Source: Balanoglossus misakiensis (taxonomy: Eukaryota > Animalia > Hemichordata). Taken from it: a DNA stretch of 64,000 nucleotides. The DNA is taken from assembly GCA_040954595.2 (NCBI GenBank), contig CM082582.2, positions 13,428,327 through 13,492,326 of the forward strand, read 5' to 3'. The notes below the pieces were generated by a model that worked only from the letters and a program-made list of their open reading frames with translations, searched no databases and had not been told where the DNA came from. This document shows positions 12,701 to 25,914 of the stretch, one piece after another. Positions within the stretch are counted from its first letter, which is position 1, and each line of letters starts with the position of its first letter. Both the position numbers and the translations under genes were made by a program.

Positions 12701-15700
12701 CATCCAGAAATGAGAATTTTTCGACTTTGCGAATTTTCAAAATTTGGTGGTTTTCTGACAAAAACCATGGGTTATAGCTCAGGAAAATCGTCAGAAAATG
12801 AGAATTTTTCGACTTTGCGAATTTTCAAAATTTGGTGGTTTTCTGACAAAAACCATGGGTTATAGCTCAGGAAAATCATCCAGAAATGAGAATTTTTCGA
12901 CGTTGCGAATTTTCAAAATTTGGTGGTTTTCTGACAAAAACCATGGGTTATAGCTCAGGAAAGTCGTCAGAAAATGAGAATTTTTCGACTTTGCGAATTT
13001 TCAAAATTTGGTGGTTATCTGACAAAAACCATGGGTTATAGCTCATGAAAATCATCCAGAAATGAGAATTTTTCGACTTTGCGAATTTTCAAAATTTGGT
13101 GGTTTTCTGACAAAAACCATGGGTTATAGCTCATGAAAATCATCCAGAAATGAGAATTTTTCGACTTTGCGAATTTTCAAAATTTGGTGGTTTTCTGACA
13201 AAAACCATGGGTTATAGCTCAGGAAAATCGTCATAAAATGAGAATTTTTCGACTTTGCGGATTTTCAAAATTTGGTCGATTTTTGAAAAAACCATGGGTT
13301 ATAGCTCAGGAAAATCGTCAGAAAATGAGAATTTTTCGACTTTGCGGATTTTCAAAATTTGGTCGATTTTTGAAAAAACCATGGGTTATAGCTCATGAAA
13401 ATCATCCAGAAATGAGAATTTTTCGACTTTGCGAATTTTCAAAATTTGGTCGATTTTTTAAAAAACCATGGGTTATAGCCCAGGAAAATCGTCAGAAAAT
13501 GAGAATTTTTCGACTTTGCGAATTTTCAAAATTTGGTGGTTTTATGACAAAAACCATGGGTTATAGCTCAGGAAAATCATCCAGAAATGAGAATTTTTCG
13601 ACTTGGCGAATTTTCAAAATTTGGTGGTTTTCTGACAAAAACCATGGGTTATAGCTCAGGAAAATCGTCAAAAAATGAGAATTTTTCGACTTTGCGAATT
13701 TTCGAAATTTGGTGGTTTTCTGACAAAAACCATGGGTTATAGCTCAGGAAAATCGTCAGAAAATGTGAATTTTTCGACTTTGCGAATTTTCAAAATTTGG
13801 TCGATTTTTGAAAAAACCATGGGTTATAGCTCAGGAAAATCGTCAGAAAATGAGAATTTTTCGACTTTGCGAATTTTCAAAATTTGGTCGATTTTTAAAA
13901 AAACCATGGGTTATAGCCCAGGAAAATCGTCAGAAAATGAGAATTTTTCGACTTTGCGAATTTTCAAAATTTGGTGGTTTTCTGACAAAAACCATGGGTT
14001 ATAGCTCATGAAAATAATCCAGAAATGAGAATTTTTCGACTTTGCGAATTTTCAAAATTTGGTGGTTTTCTGACAAAAACCATGGGTTATAGCTCATGAA
14101 AATCATCCAGAAATGAGAATTTTTCGACTTTGCGAATTTTCAAAATTTGGTGGTTTTCTGACAAAAACCATGGGTTATAGCTCATGAAAATCATCCAGAA
14201 ATGAGAATTTTTCGACTTTGCGAATTTTCAAAATTTGGTGGTTTTCTGACAAAAACCATGGGTTATAGCTCAGGAAAATCATCCAGAAATGAGAATTTTT
14301 CGACTTTGCGAATTTTCAAAATTTGGTGGTTTTCTGACAAAAACCATGGGTTATAGCTCAGGAAAATCGTCAAAAAATGAGAATTTTTCGACTTTGGGAA
14401 TTTTCGAAATTTGGTGGTTTTCTGACAAAAACCATGGGTTATAGCTCAGGAAAATCGTCAGAAAATGTGAATTTTTCGACTTTGCGAATTTTCAAAATTT
14501 GGTCGATTTTTGAAAAAACCATGGGTTATAGCTCAGGAAAATCGTCAGAAAATGAGAATTTTTCGACTTTGCGAATTTTCAAAATTTGGTCGATTTTTGA
14601 AAAAACCATGGGTTATAGCTCAGGAAAATCGTCAGAAAATGAGAATTTTTCGACTTAGCGAATTTTCAAAATTTGGTGGTTTTCTGACAAAAACCATGGG
14701 TTATAGCTCATGAAAATCATCCAGAAATGAGAATTTTTCGACTTTGCGAATTTTCAAAATTTGGTGGTTTTCTGACAAAAACCATGGGTTATAGCTCAGG
14801 AAAATCGTCAGAAAATGAGAATTTTTCGACTTTGCGAATTTTCAAAATTTGGTGGTTTTCTGACAAAAACCATGGGTTATAGCTCAGGAAAATCGTCAGA
14901 AAATGAGAATTTTTCGACTTTGCGAATTTTCAAAATTTGGTCGATTTTTGAAAAAACCATGGGTTATAGCTCAGGAAAATCGTCAGAAAATGAGAATTTT
15001 TCGACTTTGCGAATTTTCAAAATTTGGTCGATTTTTGAAAAAACCATGGGTTATAGCTCAGGAAAATCGTCAGAAAATGAGAATTTTTCGACTTTGCGAA
15101 TTTTCAAAATTTGGTGGTTTTCTGACAAAAACCATGGGTTATAGCTCATGAAAATCATCCAGAAATGAGAATTTTTCGACTTTGCGAATTTTCAAAATTT
15201 GGTGGTTTTCTGACAAAAACCATGGGTTATAGCTCAGGAAAATCGTCATAAAATGAGAATTTTTCGACTTTGCGGATTTTCAAAATTTGGTCGATTTTTG
15301 AAAAAACCATGGGTTATAGCTCAGGAAAATCGTCAGAAAATGAGAATTTTTCGACTTTGCGGATTTTCAAAATTTGGTCGATTTTTGAAAAAACCATGGG
15401 TTATAGCTCATGAAAATCATCCAGAAATGAGAATTTTTCGACTTTGCGAATTTTCAAAATTTGGTGGTTTTCTGACAAAAACCATGGGTTATAGCTCAGG
15501 AAAATCGTCAAAAAATGAGAATTTTTCGACTTTGCGAATTTTCGAAATTTGGTGGTTTTCTGACAAAAACCATGGGTTATAGCTCAGGAAAATCGTCAGA
15601 AAATGTGAATTTTTCGACTTTGCGAATTTTCAAAATTTGGTCGATTTTTGAAAAAACCATGGGTTATAGCTCAGGAAAATCGTCAAAAAATGAGAATTTT

Positions 15701-18700
15701 TCGACTTTGCGATTTTCAAAATTTGGTCGATTTTTGAAAAAACCATGGGTTATAGCTCAGGAAAATCGTCAGAAAATGAGAATTTTTCGACTTTGCGAAT
15801 TTTCAAAATTTGGTGGTTTTCTGACAAAAACCATGGGTTATAGCTCATGAAAATCATCCAGAAATGAGAATTTTTCGACTTTGCGAATTTTCAAAATTTG
15901 GTGGTTTTCTGACAAAAACCATGGGTTATAGCTCAGGAAAATCGTCAGAAAATGAGAATTTTTCGACTTTGCGAATTTTCAAAATTTGGTGGTTTTCTGA
16001 CAAAAACCATGGGTTATAGCTCAGGAAAATCGTCAGAAAATGAGATTTTTTGACTTTGCGAATTTTCAAAATTTGGTCGATTTTTGAAAAAACCATGGGT
16101 TATAGCTCAGGAAAATCGTCAGAAAAAGAGAATTTTTCGACTTTGCGAATTTTCAAAATTTGGTTGATTTTTGAAAAAACCATGGGTTATAGCTCAGGAA
16201 AATCGTCAGAAAATGAGAATTTTTCGACTTTGCGAATTTTCAAAATTTGGTGGTTTTCTGACAAAAACCATGGGTTATAGCTCAGGAAAATCGTCAGAAA
16301 ATGAGAATTTTTCGACTTTGCGAATTTTCAAAATTTGGTGGTTTTCTGACAAAAACCATGGGTTATAGCTCAGGAAAATCGTCAGAAAATGAGATTTTTT
16401 GACTTTGCGAATTTTCAAAATTTGGTCGATTTTTGAAAAAACCATGGGTTATAGCTCAGGAAAATCGTCAGAAAAAGAGAATTTTTCGACTTTGCGAATT
16501 TTCAAAATTTGGTCGATTTTTGAAAAAACCATGGGTTATAGCTCAGGAAAATCGTCAGAAAATGAGAATTTTTCGACTTTGCGAATTTTCAAAATTTGGT
16601 GGTTTTCTGACAAAAACCATGGGTTATAGCTCATGAAAATCATCCAGAAATGAGAATTTTTCGACTTTGCGAATTTTCAAAATTTGGTGGTTTTCTGACA
16701 AAAACCATGGGTTATAGCTCAGGAAAATCGTCATAAAATGAGAATTTTTCGACTTTGCGGATTTTCAAAATTTGGTCGATTTTTGAAAAAACCATGGGTT
16801 ATAGCTCAGGAAAATCGTCAGAAAATGAGAATTTTTCGACTTTGCGGATTTTCAAAATTTGGTCGATTTTTGAAAAAACCATGGGTTATAGCTCATGAAA
16901 ATCATCCAGAAATGAGAATTTTTCGACTTTGCGAATTTTCAAAATTTGGTGGTTTTCTGACAAAAACCATGGGTTATAGCTCAGGAAAATCGTCAAAAAA
17001 TGAGAATTTTTCGACTTTGCGAATTTTCGAAATTTGGTGGTTTTCTGACAAAAACCATGGGTTATAGCTCAGGAAAATCGTCAGAAAATGTGAATTTTTC
17101 GACTTTGCGAATTTTCAAAATTTGGTCGATTTTTGAAAAAACCATGGGTTATAGCTCAGGAAAATCGTCAAAAAATGAGAATTTTTCGACTTTGCGATTT
17201 TCAAAATTTGGTCGATTTTTGAAAAAACCATGGGTTATAGCTCAGGAAAATCGTCAGAAAATGAGAATTTTTCGACTTTGCGAATTTTCAAAATTTGGTG
17301 GTTTTCTGACAAAAACCATGGGTTATAGCTCATGAAAATCATCCAGAAATGAGAATTTTTCGACTTTGCGAATTTTCAAAATTTGGTGGTTTTCTGACAA
17401 AAACCATGGGTTATAGCTCAGGAAAATCGTCAGAAAATGAGAATTTTTCGACTTTGCGAATTTTCAAAATTTGGTGGTTTTCTGACAAAAACCATGGGTT
17501 ATAGCTCAGGAAAATCGTCAGAAAATGAGATTTTTTGACTTTGCGAATTTTCAAAATTTGGTCGATTTTTGAAAAAACCATGGGTTATAGCTCAGGAAAA
17601 TCGTCAGAAAAAGAGAATTTTTCGACTTTGCGAATTTTCAAAATTTGGTTGATTTTTGAAAAAACCATGGGTTATAGCTCAGGAAAATCGTCAGAAAATG
17701 AGAATTTTTCGACTTTGCGAATTTTCAAAATTTGGTGGTTTTCTGACAAAAACCATGGGTTATAGCTCATGAAAATCATCCAGAAATGAGAATTTTTCGA
17801 CTTTGCGAATTTTCAAAATTTGGTGGTTTTCTGACAAAAACCATGGGTTATAGCTCAGGAAAATCGTCAAAAAATGAGAATTTTTCGACTTTGCGAATTT
17901 TCAAAATTTGGTGGTTTTCTGACAAAAACCATGGGTTATAGCTCAGGAAAATCGTCAGAAAATGTGAATTTTTCGACTTTGCGAATTTTCAAAATTTGGT
18001 CGATTTTTGAAAAAAACCACGGGTTATAGCTCATGAAAATCATCCAGAAATGAGAATTTTTCGACTTTGCGAATTTTCAAAATTTGGTGGTTTTCTGACA
18101 AAAACCATGGGTTATAGCTCAGGAAAATCATCCAGAAATGAGAATTTTTCGACTTTGCGAATTTTCAAAATTTGGTGGTTTTCTGACAAAAACCATGGGT
18201 TATAGCTCATGAAAATCGTCAGAAAATGAGAATTTTTCGACTTTGCGAATTTTCAAAATTTGGTGGTTTTCTGACAAAAACCATGGGTTATAGCTCATGA
18301 AAATCATCCAGAAATGAGAATTTTTCGACTTTGCGAATTTTCAAAATTTGGTGGTTTTCTGACAAAAACCATGGGTTATAGCTCAGGAAAATCGTCAAAA
18401 AATGAGAATTTTTCGACTTTGCGAATTTTCGAAATTTGGTGGTTTTCTGACAAAAACCATGGGTTATAGCTCAGGAAAATCGTCAGAAAATGTGAATTTT
18501 TCGACTTTGCGAATTTTCAAAATTTGGTCGATTTTTGAAAAAAACATGGGTTATAGCTCAGGAAAATCGTCAGAAAATGAGAATTTTTCGACTTTGCGAA
18601 TTTTCAAAATTTGGTCGATTTTTGAAAAAACCATGGGTTATAGCTCAGGAAAATCGTCAGAAAATGAGAATTTTTCGACTTTGCGAATTTTCAAAATTTG

Positions 18701-21700
18701 GTGGTTTTCTGACAAAAACCATGGGTTATAGCTCATGAAAATCATCCAGAAATGAGAATTTTTCGACTTTGCGAATTTTCAAAATTTGGTGGTTTTCTGA
18801 CAAAAACCATGGGTTATAGCTCAGGAAAATCGTCAGAAAATGAGAATTTTTCGACTTTGCGAATTTTCAAAATTTGGTGGTTTTCTGACAAAAACCATGG
18901 GTTATAGCTCAGGAAAATCGTCAGAAAATGAGAATTTTTCGACTTTGCGAATTTTCAAAATTTGGTCGATTTTTGAAAAAACCATGGGTTATAGCTCAGG
19001 AAAATCGTCAGAAAATGAGAATTTTTCGACTTTGCGAATTTTCAAAATTTGGTGGTTTTCTGACAAAAACCATGGGTTATAGCTCATGAAAATCATCCAG
19101 AAATGAGAATTTTTCGACTTTGCGAATTTTCAAAGTTTGGTGGTTTTCTGACAAAAACCATGGGTTATAGCTCATGAAAATCATCCAGAAATGAGAATTT
19201 TTCGACTTTGCGAATTTTCAAAATTTGGTGGTTTTCTGACAAAAACCATGGGTTATAGCTCATGAAAATCATCCAGAAATGAGAATTTTTCGACTTTGCG
19301 AATTTTCAAAATTTGGTGGTTTTTTGACAAAAACCATGGGTTATAGCTCAGGAAAATCGTCAGAAAATGTGAATTTTTCGACTTTGCGAATTTTCAAAAT
19401 TTGGTCGATTTTTGAAAAAACCATGGGTTATAGCTCATGAAAATCATCCAGAAATGAGAATTTTTCGACTTTGCGAATTTTCAAAATTTGGTGGTTTTCT
19501 GACAAAAACCATGGGTTATAGCTCAGGAAAATCGTCAGAAAATGAGAATTTTTCGACTTTGCGAATTTTCAAAATTTGGTGGTTTTCTGACAAAAACCAT
19601 GGGTTATAGCTCAGGAAAATCGTCAGAAAATGAGAATTTTTCGACTTTGCGAATTTTCAAAATTTGGTCGATTTTTGAAAAAACCATGGGTTATAGCTCA
19701 GGAAAATCGTCAAAAAATGAGAATTTTTCGACTTTGCGAATTTTCGAAATTTGGTGGTTTTCTGACAAAAACCATGGGTTATAGCTCAGGAAAATCGTCA
19801 GAAAATGTGAATTTTTCGACTTTGCGAATTTTCAAAATTTGGTCGATTTTTGAAAAAACCATGGGTTATAGCTCAAGAAAATCGTCAAAAAATGAGAATT
19901 TTTCGACTTTGCGAATTTTCGAAATTTGGTGGTTTTCTGACAAAAACCATGGGTTATAGCTCAGAAAATCGTCAGAAAATGAGAATTTTTCGACTTTGCG
20001 AATTTTCAAAATTTGGTCGATTTTTGAAAAAACCATGGGTTATAGCTCAGGAAAATCGTCAGAAAATGAGAATTTTTCGACTTTGCGAATTTTCAAAATT
20101 TGGTGGTTTTCTGACAAAAACCATGGGTTATAGCTCAGGAAAATCGTCAGAAAATGAGAATTTTTCGACTTTGCGAATTTTCAAAATTTGGTGGTTTTCT
20201 GACAAAAACCATGGGTTATAGCTCAGGAAAATCGTCAGAAAATGAGAATTTTTCGACTTTGCGAATTTTCAAAATTTGGTCGATTTTTGAAAAAACCATG
20301 GGTTATAGCTCAGGAAAATCGTCAGAAAATGAGAATTTTTCGACTTTGCGAATTTTCAAAATTTGGTCGATTTTTGAAAAAACCATGGGTTATAGCTCAG
20401 GAAAATCATCAGAAAATGAGAATTTTTCGACTTTGCGAATTTTCAAAATTTGGTCGATTTTTGAAAAAACCATGGGTTATAGCTCAGGAAAATCGTCAGA
20501 AAATGAGAATTTTTCGACTTTGCGAATTTTCAAAATTTGGTGGTTTTCTGACAAAAACCATGGGTTATAACTCATGAAAATCATCCAGAAATGAGAATTT
20601 TTCGACTTTGCGAATTTTCAAAATTTGGTGGTTTTCTGACAAAAACCATGGGTTATAGCTCAGGAAAATCGTCAAAAAATGAGAATTTTTCGACTTTGCG
20701 AATTTTCGAAATTTGGTGGTTTTCTGACAAAAACCATGGGTTATAGCTCAGGAAAATCGTCAGAAAATGTGAATTTTTCGACTTTGCGAATTTTCAAAAT
20801 TTGGTCGATTTTTGAAAAAACCATGGGTTATAGCTCAGGAAAATCGTCAGAAAATGAGAATTTTTCGACTTTGCGAATTTTCAAAATTTGGTCGATTTTT
20901 GAAAAAACCATGGGTTATAGCTCAGGAAAATCGTCAGAAAATGAGAATTTTTCGACTTTGCGAATTTTCAAAATTTGGTCGATTTTTGAAAAAACCATGG
21001 GTTATAGCTCAGGAAAATCGTCAGAAAATGAGAATTTTTCGACTTTGCGAATTTTCAAAATTTGGTGGTTTTCTGACAAAAACCATGGGTTATAGCTCAT
21101 GAAAATCATCCAGAAATGAGAATTTTTCGACTTTGCGAATTTTCAAAATTTGGTGGTTTTCTGACAAAAACCATGGGTTATAGCTCAGGAAAATCGTCAA
21201 AAAATGAGAATTTTTCGACTTTGCGAATTTTTGAAATTTAGTGGTTTTCTGACAAAAACCATGGGTTATAGCTCAGGAAAATCGTCAGAAAATGAGAATT
21301 TTTCGACTTTGCGAATTTTCAAACTTTGGTCGATTTTTGAAAAAAACATGGTTTATAGCTCAGGAAAATCGTCAGAAAATGAGAATTTTTCGACTTTGCG
21401 AATTTTCAAAATTTGGTGGTTTTCTGACAAAAACCATGGGTTATAGCTCATGAAAATCATCCAGAAATGAGAATTTTTCGACTTTGCGAATATTCAAAAT
21501 TTGGTGGTTTTCTGACAAAAACCATGGGTTATAGCTCAGGAAAATCGTCAGAAAATGAGAATTTTTCGACTTTGCGAATTTTCAAAATTTGGTGGTTTTC
21601 TGACAAAAACCATGGGTTATAGCTCATGAAAATCATCCAGAAATGAGAATTTTTCGACTTTGCGAATTTTCAAAATTTGGTGGTTTTCTGACAAAAACCA

Positions 21701-24700
21701 TGGGTTATAGCTCAAGTAAATCATCCAGAAATGAGAATTTTTCGACTTTGCGAATTTTCAAAATTTGGTGGTTTTCTGACAAAAACCATGGGTTATAGCT
21801 CAGGAAAATCGTCAAAAAATGAGAATTTTTCGACTTTGCGAATTTTCGAAATTTGGTGGTTTTCTGACAAAAACCATGGGTTATAGCTCAGGAAAATCGT
21901 CAGAAAATGTGAATTTTTCGACTTTGCGAATTTTCAAAATTTGGTCGATTTTTGAAAAAACCATGGGTTATAGCTCAGGAAAATCGTCAGAAAATGAGAA
22001 TTTTTCGACTTTGCGAATTTTCAAAATTTGGTCGATTTTTGAAAAAACCATGGGTTATAGCTCAGGAAAATCGTCAGAAAATGAGAATTTTTCGACTTTG
22101 CGAATTTTCAAAATTTGGTCGATTTTTGAAAAAACCATGGGTTATAGCTCAGGAAAATCGTCAGAAAATGAGAATTTTTCGACTTTGCGAATTTTCAAAA
22201 TTTGGTGGTTTTCTGACAAAAACCATGGGTTATAGCTCATGAAAATCATCCAGAAATGAGAATTTTTCGACTTTGCGAATTTTCAAAATTTGGTGGTTTT
22301 CTGACAAAAACCATGGGTTATAGCTCAGGAAAATCGTCAAAAAATGAGAATTTTTCGACTTTGCGAATTTTTGAAATTTAGTGGTTTTCTGACAAAAACC
22401 ATGGGTTATAGCTCAGGAAAATCGTCAGAAAATGAGAATTTTTCGACTTTGCGAATTTTCAAACTTTGGTCGATTTTTGAAAAAAACATGGGTTATAGCT
22501 CAGGAAAATCGTCAGAAAATGAGAATTTTTCGACTTTGCGAATTTTCAAAATTTGGTGGTTTTCTGACAAAAACCATGGGTTATAGCTCATGAAAATCAT
22601 CCAGAAATGAGAATTTTTCGACTTTGCGAATATTCAAAATTTGGTGGTTTTCTGACAAAAACCATGGGTTATAGCTCAGGAAAATCGTCAGAAAATGAGA
22701 ATTTTTCGACTTTGCGAATTTTCAAAATTTGGTGGTTTTCTGACAAAAACCATGGGTTATAGCTCATGAAAATCATCCAGAAATGAGAATTTTTCGACTT
22801 TGCGAATTTTCAAAATTTGGTGGTTTTCTGACAAAAACCATGGGTTATAGCTCAAGAAAATCGTCAAAAAATGGGAATTTTTCGACTTTGCGAATTTTCG
22901 AAATTTGGTGGTTTTCTGACAAAAACCATGGGTTATAGCTCAGAAAATCGTCAGAAAATGAGAATTTTTCGACTTTGCGAATTTTCAAAATTTGGTCGAT
23001 TTTTGAAAAAACCATGGGTTATAGCTCAGGAAAATCGTCAGAAAATGAGAATTTTTCGACTTTGCGAATTTTCAAAATTTGGTGGTTTTCTGACAAAAAC
23101 CATGGGTTATAGCTCAGGAAAATCATCCAGAAATGAGAATTTTTCGACTTTGCGAATTTTCAAAATTTGGTGGTTTTCTGACAAAAACCATGGGTTATAG
23201 CTCAGGAAAATCGTCAAAAAATGAGAATTTTTCGACTTTGCGAATTTTCGAAATTTGGTGGTTTTCTGACAAAAACCATGGGTTATAGCTCATGAAAATC
23301 ATCCAGAAATGAGAATTTTTCGACTTTGCGAATTTTCAAAATTTGGTGGTTTTCTGACAAAAACCATGGGTTATAGCTCAGGAAAATCGTCAAAAAATGA
23401 GAATTTTTCGACTTTGCGAATTTTTGAAATTTAGTGGTTTTCTGACAAACACCATGGGTTATAGCTCAGGAAAATCGTCAGAAAATGAGAATTTTTCGAC
23501 TTTGCGAATTTTCAAACTTTGGTCGATTTTTGAAAAAAACATGGGTTATAGCTCAGGAAAATCGTCAGAAAATGAGAATTTTTCGACTTTGCGAATTTTC
23601 AAAATTTGGTGGTTTTCTGACAAAAACCATGGGTTATAGCTCATGAAAATCATCCAGAAATGAGAATTTTTCGACTTTGCGAATATTCAAAATTTGGTGG
23701 TTTTCTGACAAAAACCATGGGTTATAGCTCAGGAAAATCATCCAGAAATGAGAATTTTTCGACTTTGCGAATTTTCAAAATTTGGTGGTTTTCTGACAAA
23801 AACCATGGGTTATAGCTCAAGAAAATCGTCAAAAAATGAGAATTTTTCGACTTTGCGAATTTTCGAAATTTGGTGGTTTTCTGACAAAAACCATGGGTTA
23901 TAGCTCAGAAAATCGTCAGAAAATGAGAATTTTTCGACTTTGCGAATTTTTAAAATTTGGTCGATTTTTGAAAAAACCATGGGTTATAGCTCAGGAAAAT
24001 CGTCAGAAAATGAGAATTTTTCGACTTTGCGAATTTTCAAAATTTGGTCGATTTTTGAAAAAACCATGGGTTATAGCTCAGGAAAATCGTCAGAAAATGA
24101 GAATTTTTCGACTTTGCGAATTTTCAAAATTTGGTCGATTTTTGAAAAAACCATGGGTTATAGCTCAGGAAAATCGTCAGAAAATGAGAATTTTTCGACT
24201 TTGCGAATTTTCAAAATTTGGTGGTTTTCTGACAAAAACCATGGGTTATAGCTCATGAAAATCATCCAGAAATGAGAATTTTTCGACTTTGCGAATTTTC
24301 AAAATTTGGTGGTTTTCTGACAAAAACCATGGGTTATAGCTCAGGAAAATCGTCAGAAAATGAGAATTTTTCGACTTTGCGAATTTTCAAAATTTGGTGG
24401 TTTTCTGACAAAAACCATGGGTTATAGCTCAGGAAAATCGTCAGAAAATGAGAATTTTTCGACTTTGCGAATTTTCAAAATTTGGTCGATTTTTGAAAAA
24501 ACCATGGGTTATAGCTCAGGAAAATCGTCAGAAAATGAGAATTTTTCGACTTTGCGAATTTTCAAAATTTGGTCGATTTTTGAAAAAACCATGGGTTATA
24601 GCTCAGGAAAATCGTCAGAAAATGAGAATTTTTCGACTTTGCGAATTTTCAAAATTTGGTGGTTTTCTGACAAAAACCATGGGTTATAGCTCAGGAAAAT

Positions 24701-25738
24701 CATCCAGAAATGAGAATTTTTCGACTTTGCGAATTTTCAAAATTTGGTGGTTTTCTGACAAAAACCATGGGTTATAGCTCATGAAAATCATCCAGAAATG
24801 AGAATTTTTCGACTTTGCGAATTTTCAAAATTTGGTGGTTTTCTGACAAAAACCATGGGTTATAGCTCAGGAAAATCATCCAGAAATGAGAATTTTTCGA
24901 CTTTGCGAATTTTCAAAATTTGGTCGATTTTTGAAAAAACCATGGGTTATAGCTCATGAAAATCATCCAGAAATGAGAATTTTTCGACTTTGCGAATTTT
25001 CAAAATTTGGTGGTTTTCTGACAAAAACCATGGGTTATAGCTCATGAAAATCATCCAGAAATGAGAATTTTTCGACTTTGCGAATTTTCAAAATTTGGTG
25101 GTTTTCTGACAAAAACCATGGGTTATAGCTCAGGAAAATCGTCAGAAAATGAGAATTTTTCGACTTTGCGAATTTTCAAAATTTGGTGGTTTTCTGACAA
25201 AAACCATGGGTTATAGCTCAGGAAAATCGTCAGAAAATGAGAATTTTTCGACGTTGCGAATTTTCAAAATTTGGTGGTTTTCTGACAAAAACCATGGGTT
25301 ATAGCTCAGGAAAATCGTCAAAAAATGAGAATTTGTCCACTCTGCGAATTTTCAAAATTTGGTCGATTTTTGAAAAAACCATGGGTTATAGCTCAGGAAA
25401 ATCGTCAAAAAATGAGAATTTTTCGACTTTGCGAATTTTCAAAATTTGGTCGATTTTTGAAAAAACCATGGGTTATAGCTCAGGAAAATCGTCAAAAAAT
25501 GAGAATTTGTCCACTCTGCGAATTTTCAAAATTTCGTTGATTTTTGAAAAAACCATGGGTTATATGCTCAGGAAAATCGTCAAAAAATGAGAATTTTTGC
25601 GACTTTTCAAAATTTGGTCGATTTTTTAAAAAACCATGGGTTATAGCTCAGGAAACTCGTCAAAAAATGAGAATATTTCGACTTTGTGAAATTTCGAAAT
25701 TTCTTCGATTTTTGATAAAAATCATGGGTTATAGCTCA
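9738..25738 (+). repeat. Satellite array, right arm: ~183 monomers of the same 87/88-bp unit in opposite orientation
   Basis: Same monomer on the plus strand from the AATT junction at 9738 to ...GGGTTATAGCTCA at 25738. The last ~5 monomers (25321-25738) are visibly degenerate. Confidence 0.98.
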
Positions 25739-25908
25739 TTATTTCTCAACACACTGACATCATCAGTCCAGAAATGTCACTCTGCAGTAGAATCTAAATG
25801 TTTGAACATCTGCAGATAATCCCATTCTGGTTCAAGAAACAAACTACATGTAGTTGCAAGTTAAAACACAGAAAAATTCAGAAAGGATTCTCAATAATTT
25901 CATTAAAA

Positions 25909-25914
25909 TTTATT
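25909..25914 (-). other. Candidate polyadenylation signal (AATAAA, minus strand) of the DUF1295-family gene
   Basis: Plus-strand TTTATT about 600 nt downstream of the stop codon at 26507; no transcript evidence. Confidence 0.45.

Noticed and set aside
1-25738. CRISPR-like array interpretation (conserved parts alternating with variable parts)
   Set aside because: Variable slots take only 2-3 recurring alleles rather than unique spacers; no cas genes; eukaryotic intron-containing context.
151-25819. Dozens of ORFs (MRIFRLCEFSKFG..., MGYSSGKSSENENFSTLR...)
   Set aside because: Translation of the satellite: 87-bp monomers are open in two frames and 88-bp monomers shift frame until a stop. No splice structure, domain or codon signal.
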